Under the pieces are notes generated by a model. The model searched no databases. It saw only the letters and a list, made by a program, of their open reading frames with translations, and had not been told where the DNA came from. From Nitrospirota bacterium (GTDB lineage Bacteria; Nitrospirota; Thermodesulfovibrionia; Thermodesulfovibrionales; JdFR-86): a stretch of DNA of 64,000 nucleotides. Positions 57,080 through 64,000 of the stretch are shown here, in pieces. The first letter of the stretch is position 1. Each line of letters begins with the position of its first letter. The position numbers and the translations under genes were made by a program. Location: positions 1-64,000 of the forward strand of contig CAVRJY010000004.1 of the NCBI GenBank assembly GCA_963721805.1, given 5' to 3'.

Positions 57080-57681
57080 CGCGCCCCCAGGCTCTGCATG
57101 ATCGAGCCGTAGCCCTCGCCGGTCACGACGACCATGTCGGCCGGTATCGCCGCGGTCTTAAGCGCGCTTATGACAGGGCCCAGCTCGTCCTCGGGCCAGT
57201 ACCCGCCCTGTATCACCACGAGCGCGGGCTCGGTCATCCGTGGCAGGGCTGAGAGGCGCGTGATCGTAAGCGGCGCGCCCTTGATCGTGCCCCTGTACCC
57301 GTCGCGCTCAGGCTCGAACTGCTCTTCCGAGGCGAGCCGTCCCGCGACCTTATCCCACCTGGAGTCCGGGATGACGTGGTATACCGCGCGAAGCGTGCCG
57401 TTTCTCACCGCGTGGAATAGATACGTCGAGTCTCCGGGGGGCTCCGTCGCGTCCGCGGGCTCGTTGGCCCCGAGCCTCCCGAACAGCACGAGCACGCGGC
57501 CCCTGACGCCCTGGGCCGCCCAGAGGTCCAGCGCCATCGCGGGCTCGGGGGCGTACGTGACGAGCATCCCGCCGCCCTGCACCGGGGCGTAATGGCGGCC
57601 GTGGGCCGAGAGGGCCCCCAGCAGGACGATGACCGCGGCGAAGAAGCCCGCTATCGCAAGCGATGCGCCCTTGTGGGACAT
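57076..57681 (-). CDS. Hypothetical membrane-anchored protein
   Basis: Start MSHKGASL followed by one TM helix; stop overlaps the start of the GT39-like gene. Confidence 0.65.
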   Translation of the reverse strand: MSHKGASLAIAGFFAAVIVLLGALSAHGRHYAPVQGGGMLVTYAPEPAMALDLWAAQGVRGRVLVLFGRLGANEPADATEPPGDSTYLFHAVRNGTLRAVYHVIPDSRWDKVAGRLASEEQFEPERDGYRGTIKGAPLTITRLSALPRMTEPALVVIQGGYWPEDELGPVISALKTAAIPADMVVVTGEGYGSIMQSLGAR

Positions 57682-57739
57682 GGTATATATTACCTGCGCC
57701 CGGCCCGGAGGTTCAATGTGCCGGGCCGCACGAAGCGGG

Positions 57740-59521
57740 TCATCTGCCGCCTGACATCCGGCTGTTGACGGCTGCCAGCGTATCGAGGACGTCAGGGTTC
57801 GAGGGGTCGATCCGAAGCGCATACTGCAGGGCCGATACGGCCTTTTGCGCGTCACCCGAGTTATAGTACGCGATAGCCAGGTTGCGGAGCGTTGTGGGCG
57901 CCTCAAGGTGATACGGGGCTCCGGCGCTCGCGACGTCCGGCGGGAACATCGAGACGGCCCTCTCATAAGCCGCGATGGCCTGCCGGTTATCGCCCGCCGA
58001 GGCATAGGCCAGCCCCAGGTTGTTCAGCACCGTGACCCTGTTGGCGTCGTTCATGACGTCTTGCCCGGCGCTGATCCGCGCGGGCAGCAAAGAGGCCGCG
58101 CGCTCGAGCACCGGTATGCCTTCCTGAGGCTTCCCGGCCATCCCGTATGCCATGCCCAGATTGTTGAGCACCCTGAGCTTCTCCGGGCTTTTGCGCGCCG
58201 CGTCCTCCCAAAAACCCACCAGGTCGCCGTACACTGCGTTTCTGCTATATGTAAGCGCGACAAATACGAGCACGACAGCCGCGGCCCCGGCATTAAGCGC
58301 GCGCCTCCCGGCCCTGCTCCTAATCACCTCGCAGAACCTGAGGCCGAGCGCGGCCGCGGCCATCGTCACCCCCGCCATCGGCAGGTAGAGCCTGTGCTCG
58401 TAGACGAGGTCGTTAAGCGGCACTATGCTCGACTCCACGGCAAGCGTGAGGTAAAACCAGAGTATCCCGAAGGAGGCCCAGCGCCAGTGGGCGCGCCCCG
58501 TGGCACGCGACGAGTAGCGGTAAAGCCAGACCGCCACGGCCACAAGCCCGGCATTTATCAGCACCGAAAGCATCACCGGCCATTGCAGCAGGCTCGTGTA
58601 AAACGGATAGTCATAATCGAAGTTCAGCCCGGCCGGGAACGCGAGGAGCCGCATGTACGTCAGCAGCACCCGCTGCTCGCTCAGGAGATATCCCCATGGC
58701 GATATGCTGTGGATGTTGGCCGCGTTTACGGTCTCGCCGACGCTGTGCGCCCCGGCCATGACCAGCGTGGCCGGTATTATCATGACCGCCGCGGCCCACG
58801 GCAGGAGCCGCGAGGGCCGTATGCCCCTGACGCCGCCGAGGAAAAACACGTCCACGAGCACCATCGCGGCCGGGAGCGTAAAGGCCGTCTCCTTCGAGCG
58901 CACCGCGGCCAGCACGCACACGACCGAAAGCGCGTACAAGACGTGCGAGCGCCGACTGCCGGGCCCGTCGAGCCTGGAGCGCACGTAGAGCGCGAGCGCC
59001 AGCAGGTAGAAAAGCCCGACCATCGAGGTGAAACGCTGCGAGATGTATGTCACGGCCTCTGTCTGCACCGGGTGCACGGCGAAGACCGCCGCGGCCCAGA
59101 AGGCCGCTATCCGCAGCGAGCCCTCGCCGCCCGGCGGCGAGAGGGCCGAGGCCCCAAACAGCATCAGCGCCAGCCAGTAAAGCGTGACCGCCGACGCGGC
59201 GTGTACCACGAGATTGAAGGCGTGGAACTCCCCCACCGAGCCGCCGCCCATCTGCCAGTTGAGCGCGAAGCTCGCGAAGACCAGCAGCCGGTCGTTGAAA
59301 TGTATGAGGAAGCGCCTGCCCGGCCCCGGCGTTTCGTGCGTGAGGGCCGCGAAACTGCCCCAGTCCTTCATTGCCGGGTTGTTGATGATAAATGCCTGGT
59401 CGTCGAACACGAAAGGCGCGCTGAAGGTGTTTGAATACGCAATGAGCGCGGCAACGACGATGACGGCCATATGCAATGCACTTGACGAAAGCATATCGCC
59501 TGGGGCCGCGCTCATCTTCAT
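57740..59521 (-). CDS. Second TMTC-like glycosyltransferase with C-terminal TPRs
   Basis: FVFDD, HPVQTEAVTYISQR, SKE, EHRLYLP, NNLG TPRs. Confidence 0.85.
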   Translation of the reverse strand: MKMSAAPGDMLSSSALHMAVIVVAALIAYSNTFSAPFVFDDQAFIINNPAMKDWGSFAALTHETPGPGRRFLIHFNDRLLVFASFALNWQMGGGSVGEFHAFNLVVHAASAVTLYWLALMLFGASALSPPGGEGSLRIAAFWAAAVFAVHPVQTEAVTYISQRFTSMVGLFYLLALALYVRSRLDGPGSRRSHVLYALSVVCVLAAVRSKETAFTLPAAMVLVDVFFLGGVRGIRPSRLLPWAAAVMIIPATLVMAGAHSVGETVNAANIHSISPWGYLLSEQRVLLTYMRLLAFPAGLNFDYDYPFYTSLLQWPVMLSVLINAGLVAVAVWLYRYSSRATGRAHWRWASFGILWFYLTLAVESSIVPLNDLVYEHRLYLPMAGVTMAAAALGLRFCEVIRSRAGRRALNAGAAAVVLVFVALTYSRNAVYGDLVGFWEDAARKSPEKLRVLNNLGMAYGMAGKPQEGIPVLERAASLLPARISAGQDVMNDANRVTVLNNLGLAYASAGDNRQAIAAYERAVSMFPPDVASAGAPYHLEAPTTLRNLAIAYYNSGDAQKAVSALQYALRIDPSNPDVLDTLAAVNSRMSGGR

Positions 59522-59665
59522 CCGGTAGTATACCTCCGCCGCGAAACAAGAGACAACATCTATTCGAGGGGCGAGGGCCGGTTGGCCCCTCTCACTTAAT
59601 TACATTGACGGTGCATGGTAAGGGGTATCCTGATTCGGTCGACTTTGAAGGTGGGCGCTGCCCAC

Positions 59666-59700
59666 AAAAAAACAGGACGGGCCCGAGGGCCCGTCCTGTT
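59666..59700 (-). terminator. Strong rho-independent terminator after the cytochrome gene
   Basis: Minus strand AACAGGACGGGCC-CTCG-GGCCCGTCCTGTT (13-bp stem) with a T tract. Confidence 0.88.
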
Positions 59701-59724
59701 GGACGTCTGATTCGCGGCTACGAT

Positions 59725-62700
59725 TTAGTTGGCGTCGTAGTCGTAAGTCGCCGGGTTGGCGTAAGTCGTCGTACCGCCGTGACCGGCTGAGGCTGCGCGT
59801 GAGGTCGGTGTTGCGGGACCGTGTGCGCTGCCGCAGTTCGATACGTTGTTGTTCGTGATCGGCGTAGAGTAGCACGAACCCTGATAGGACGTGCCGTTTC
59901 TGTCGACCGCGGTGGTAGCAGTCACGGGGTTCACGCCGCTCCAGCCGCCGCCGTTGAGGAACCTCTTGCCCTGGTTCTTCGAGACGTGGCCGCCCTGGTA
60001 GAGGTTCGGCCTGTTAGCGCCGACCATGACGTAGTTGACGACCTTGGATACGTTACAGGTCGTAACGTTGCCGGTGCTGCTGTCGACCAGCAGGTTGGCG
60101 ACACCGTTGCCGGTGATCTGCAGGGACGCGCCGCTGCAGTTCACAGGGTCGCTGGTGCTGACGACGCCGATGTACTTGCCGGCGAGTGCGTTAGCACCGC
60201 CGCCGAAGTTCTTCGACGGGTCCGTACAGTTGTAGATCTGGTTGCCTGTGCTCGTGTTCTCGCACGCGGAGAAGCCGCTGGCCAAGGCGATGAGGCCCTT
60301 GTCAGCATAACCCGCGCTGCGCGGCTTGCATGACGTGGCAGGAGCGGTAGCCACGCTGAGCTTGGGGGTAGCGCCCGCGGTGCTTGCGCTGACCACGGTG
60401 CTTACGCCGTTACACGTGCCGTTCGTGAACTGGATGACGTCGCCGGCAAACTGGTTCAGCGTCCCGGTGCCCAGCGAGGTCGTGTTACATACGCCGGCTG
60501 CTGCGCTTACGCAGGTACCCGACCCGATCGTAGCCACGCCGGTGTAGTCGCCGGTCGTCGCGTTGATCATGCCGCGAGCGTACAGGTTGAAGGTGACGCC
60601 GTTAGCGGTCGTGCAGGCTGCCTTGGCCGTATCGACGCTCGTGAAGTACACCGTCTGGCCGATGTTGTCGAGTATGACCGGCGACGTCGCATAACAGTTG
60701 TTGTCGGTGTCCTCGTTGAACTTGAAGCTGAAGCCGGCCAGCGAGTGGTCGCCGCCATAAGAGGCAGCTACCGACAGCGTCCCGGTCGAGGTGCAGCTCG
60801 TGTTGTTGAACGCGCCGTTGTCTATACACGTCGGCCTCTCAGCCGCGATCGGGTTGGAGTCGTAACCCGGATCGGAAGGCGTGTTCATCCACGAAGCCGG
60901 CAGCTGGTTCTGGGCGTTGGTGCCGTGCACCGCACCCTCGCGCTCGCCAAGGTGGCACTCCTTGCAGAATATGCCCCAGCCGGCGAACTTGGTGGTCGGC
61001 ACGTAGCAGTGTGCGGTGCCGTACATCGTCGTTGCGCCGTGAGGCTGCCTGGAGAGCTTGTTGTTCCTGGGGCCCCACTTGTAGTCGTACGGGCTGTTGA
61101 AGTCGCCGGTAAGACCGCTGGCCGAGAAGTTCTCGGTCTGGCTCGAGCCCTCGTCCTCGGCGGTGCCGTAGACGTCAGCCCTGTGGCAGTTGTAGCAGAG
61201 GTACTGCGGCAGCATCTCGGTGTCGTCGTTCTCAGCTACCGTCGTGCCTGCTCCGGGCCTCGTGCCGGACTGCACGCCGTACTTGACGATCGTCACGCCG
61301 GGAGCCATCGTGGCGTGCGTGCCGTCAACGTTGATGGTGTCCATGGCCTCGAACCTGAGTTCGGTGTCCGCATCCTTCATGATCCAGCGGTTGTCGGATA
61401 CGTGAGGACCCTGCGGGTCTTCAGGCGATCCGCCGTGGCAGTCCGAGCAGTTGATCTGAGCCCACGGCCCGTACGGCGGGACGAACGTGTCGCCCAGTCC
61501 GGGGGTTACCATGTTGACGGTGCCGTCGGGGATGGCCGAAGCGCCGGTATCCCACGGGTTGCCGTCGGTGGAAGCCGCTTTGAAGGTCGAGTCGTCGATG
61601 ATCTGGGTGATCTGATACCACGTCCCGTCAGACTCCCTGACGTACCAGCCCGGCAGTGCGTTGTTCGGGAGCTTCTGGCCGGTGAGCGTTACAGTGCCGC
61701 CCGATGCGGAGCCGTTCCAGGTGAGGCCGGCGCCGTACCACTGCGGGTTGAGGTTGGCCGCGAAGGTGCCCGCGACCCTGGATATGGTGTTCATACGGCC
61801 TGCGGAGGCATCGCCGAGCTTCGAGCCGTCGGTCGGCAGCGGCTGGTTCTGGCCTACCGCGTAAACCGCGTGGTGGGCCAGGTTGTTCGGGTTGAACTCC
61901 TGTGCTATGTCAGTGCCCTTGCCCTCCCACGTCGCGTTGCCCTTGTTGGGGCCGCCGCTTACGAGGTCGGGAGGCGTGTTGCCGAAGGCGTAGTAGCTGT
62001 GGCACTTCACGCAGACGTCGCGCTGGTTCGTGGCCGCAGCCTTTACGGTGTACGTCGCGGCTGACGGATCAGCGAAGGTGTCGCTCGCGAGGCCGGTAGC
62101 CGCTACGAGGTAGACGTCGCCGGTCGACGGGGCGCAGGTAGCGCTCGTCTTCTGGGCGAAGGCAACGCCGTTAGACAGGTTCCAGTCGATGATCTCGTCG
62201 CGGTTTGCGGTTGCGCACGCGCCGCTCGTCCAGTGGAGCTTGTAGCCGGACCACTGGCTGAAAGCCCAGTCCTTGGTCGGGTCAGAGCAGCCGCTGACGC
62301 CGGTGGAGATGCTCTCCTGAGCCTGGCCGGTGATCATCTCTGCGTCCGTAGGATCCTTGACGGCAGTTGCGCTACAGTTGCCGGATTCCACGACGTTGTT
62401 GTTGACGTCGAGGATCTGGTAGCCGTTGCCGGCTGCGGGCGTGCAGGCGGTAAAGCTCGGCAGCGTGACCGTGGTCGCGTCGCTGTCGAGGATCGGGTAC
62501 TGAGTACCGCCAGCGGTTGCGGTCGCGCCACAAGTGCCGGTGTTGATGATGAGGCTCATGCCCCTGAGGTTCGTCGTGCTGCTGAACGTACCGGTGACGA
62601 CCGTCAGGGCGTTGGCGCCGTTAGTGATGCTCGACGAGGTGCCGGAGTAGTTGAGTGCGACGGTGTCGTTGGACGGTGCGGTCGTCATGGCGGCAGCGGG

Positions 62701-64000
62701 GTTGTACGAAACCGCCACGCCCCATGCGCCGTTCATGCCCGGATCCATCGAACCGTCGAGCTTCCTGACCTCGTACTTCCAGTCAGCGGCGGTGTAGTCG
62801 CCGAGGACCTTGCCCGTGGCCGGAGTAAACGGAAGGCCGAAGGTGTAGACCGTGCCAGAGCTGTCCGTCGTGCTGCCGGTGACCTGGCGGACGTACCTGG
62901 TGTTCTTTACGGTGGCGTCACCCGAGGTGGACTCCATTACGATCAGGTAGCCCTTCCACTGGTCGGCAACCCAGCCGGTAGCGGCCAGCGTCCTGCTGGT
63001 GTCAGTCAGCGAAAGCGAATCGCCTGCAACCGTAACGGCCTCGTGGCGCGGTGCGATCTGCGTGCCGTGGACGTTGTGGCAGTCTGCGCAGGCTACGAAC
63101 CTGGTGCCGGCGGGGTTGACCGCGGCCTCTGCCCTGTCAATCGAGTTGACGATGCGGTTGGTGGCGTACGCGCCGCCGACCGGGTGGCCGGAGGCGTACG
63201 AGCCGAGGCCGTTGTTGCTGGCCGAGGCGTTCAGGAGCGCCGAGACGTCCGGAGCTTCGTTGCCGAGGTAAAGCTCGGTCCCGGTGCTGTGGCATGCTAC
63301 GCAAGCCGAATCGGGAGCCGAATCAGAATCAGTGTTGATCAGCAGCGACTCGTTAGAGGACTGGTGGGGCGAGAACTTGAACGAACCGTTCTGCGCGCCG
63401 ACAGCGCTTGCCTGCTGGTCGTTGTGGCACTTCACGCAGACCGCACCGAAGTACGATCCGTCGGTGAAGCTGCTGCCGACCTTGTACATGTGGACCGCGC
63501 CAACCTGTGTGGCGTTGGTCACTTCGATCGCCGGCAGCGTGTGGCTGTTGCCGACAACTTCGTTCTGGTGGCAGCTGAGGCAGAAGCCGCCGCCGGAGGT
63601 ATTGTAATCAGAGTTCACGAGCGACGACGAATCCACATAAGAGGTCGCGTTCGTGGCGCGCAGGTTGTACGCGTTGCCGTCTCCGCTGCTTGCGTTGTCA
63701 TTGTGCTTCGCGTGACAGTTCAGGCATGAAGTCTCAAACGCGGTGGGGTATGCATCGCTGCTGTACGCAGCCGGTGCGATGTGCCTGTGCGTGCCGGACG
63801 CCATCCTCGTGACGATGTCGGAGTGACAATCGTTACAGGAGGCGCTCTGCGCGGTGGCGCCGCTGCCGTTCCATATCGCGGTGCCGGCCTGGTCGGAACC
63901 TATGCCGGTGCCTGCGTGGCAGGAGACGTTCGAACAGTTCGACGGGCTGCCGGTAGCCGTGAAGGTGACCGGCATCTGGACGCCTGCGGAGTTCGCGAAG
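59725..64000 (-). CDS. Giant multiheme c-type cytochrome (CxxCH/CxxxxCH type), 5' partial
   Basis: Frame open to the window edge (>1420 aa); 10 CxxCH, 1 CX4CH and a C-terminal CX12CX3H; Ser/Thr/Gly/Asn-rich composition typical of surface proteins. Confidence 0.93.
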   Translation of the reverse strand, partial: FANSAGVQMPVTFTATGSPSNCSNVSCHAGTGIGSDQAGTAIWNGSGATAQSASCNDCHSDIVTRMASGTHRHIAPAAYSSDAYPTAFETSCLNCHAKHNDNASSGDGNAYNLRATNATSYVDSSSLVNSDYNTSGGGFCLSCHQNEVVGNSHTLPAIEVTNATQVGAVHMYKVGSSFTDGSYFGAVCVKCHNDQQASAVGAQNGSFKFSPHQSSNESLLINTDSDSAPDSACVACHSTGTELYLGNEAPDVSALLNASASNNGLGSYASGHPVGGAYATNRIVNSIDRAEAAVNPAGTRFVACADCHNVHGTQIAPRHEAVTVAGDSLSLTDTSRTLAATGWVADQWKGYLIVMESTSGDATVKNTRYVRQVTGSTTDSSGTVYTFGLPFTPATGKVLGDYTAADWKYEVRKLDGSMDPGMNGAWGVAVSYNPAAAMTTAPSNDTVALNYSGTSSSITNGANALTVVTGTFSSTTNLRGMSLIINTGTCGATATAGGTQYPILDSDATTVTLPSFTACTPAAGNGYQILDVNNNVVESGNCSATAVKDPTDAEMITGQAQESISTGVSGCSDPTKDWAFSQWSGYKLHWTSGACATANRDEIIDWNLSNGVAFAQKTSATCAPSTGDVYLVAATGLASDTFADPSAATYTVKAAATNQRDVCVKCHSYYAFGNTPPDLVSGGPNKGNATWEGKGTDIAQEFNPNNLAHHAVYAVGQNQPLPTDGSKLGDASAGRMNTISRVAGTFAANLNPQWYGAGLTWNGSASGGTVTLTGQKLPNNALPGWYVRESDGTWYQITQIIDDSTFKAASTDGNPWDTGASAIPDGTVNMVTPGLGDTFVPPYGPWAQINCSDCHGGSPEDPQGPHVSDNRWIMKDADTELRFEAMDTINVDGTHATMAPGVTIVKYGVQSGTRPGAGTTVAENDDTEMLPQYLCYNCHRADVYGTAEDEGSSQTENFSASGLTGDFNSPYDYKWGPRNNKLSRQPHGATTMYGTAHCYVPTTKFAGWGIFCKECHLGEREGAVHGTNAQNQLPASWMNTPSDPGYDSNPIAAERPTCIDNGAFNNTSCTSTGTLSVAASYGGDHSLAGFSFKFNEDTDNNCYATSPVILDNIGQTVYFTSVDTAKAACTTANGVTFNLYARGMINATTGDYTGVATIGSGTCVSAAAGVCNTTSLGTGTLNQFAGDVIQFTNGTCNGVSTVVSASTAGATPKLSVATAPATSCKPRSAGYADKGLIALASGFSACENTSTGNQIYNCTDPSKNFGGGANALAGKYIGVVSTSDPVNCSGASLQITGNGVANLLVDSSTGNVTTCNVSKVVNYVMVGANRPNLYQGGHVSKNQGKRFLNGGGWSGVNPVTATTAVDRNGTSYQGSCYSTPITNNNVSNCGSAHGPATPTSRAASAGHGGTTTYANPATYDYDAN

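Noticed and set aside
59530..59660. Riboswitch upstream of the TMTC-like gene
   Set aside because: Only short hairpins and no recognisable aptamer; the gene appears to be leaderless.

Overview
The window is a composite of at least two genomes. (1) Bases 1-~9198 are an error-rich inverted copy of 9216-~18780, folded back inside a sodium:solute symporter gene; this is most likely a long-read fold-back or assembly artefact, although the arms differ largely at synonymous positions where I compared them. (2) Bases 9216-~27562 are high-GC, frameshift-rich chromosomal DNA that looks Acidobacteriota-like (inference): SSS symporter, REP-like element, clpP, REC-GGDEF protein, msrPQ, two VOC proteins, cyclase, DUF1801, second msrP, GT-C-like membrane protein, NarL-type two-component pair, pal, RDD and a truncated TPR gene. 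(3) At ~27562 the sequence switches abruptly to an AT-rich integrative element next to the 3' end of tRNA-Thr(CGT). It carries a Replic_Relax-like protein, small membrane and coiled-coil proteins, a VirD4/HerA-like ATPase, overlapping xis and tyrosine integrase genes, 21-bp-periodic promoter repeats and a dif-like site. (4) Bases 32600-64000 come from a second genome with different codon usage (possibly Nitrospirota, inference): a DUF134-NifX-DsrE operon with a palindromic operator, hsp20, dxr-rseP-rfaE2-mfd, a LOG-family gene and tRNA-Leu(GAG). These are followed by a ~16 kb lipid-linked glycosylation cluster (five GT-C-type proteins, UbiA/DPPR synthase, DUF362, plant RGP/UAM-like protein, GT2, Fcl-like epimerase) next to a giant multiheme cytochrome c with inserted Cys-paired beta-rich modules. 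All functional calls come from motif recognition; no searches were run.
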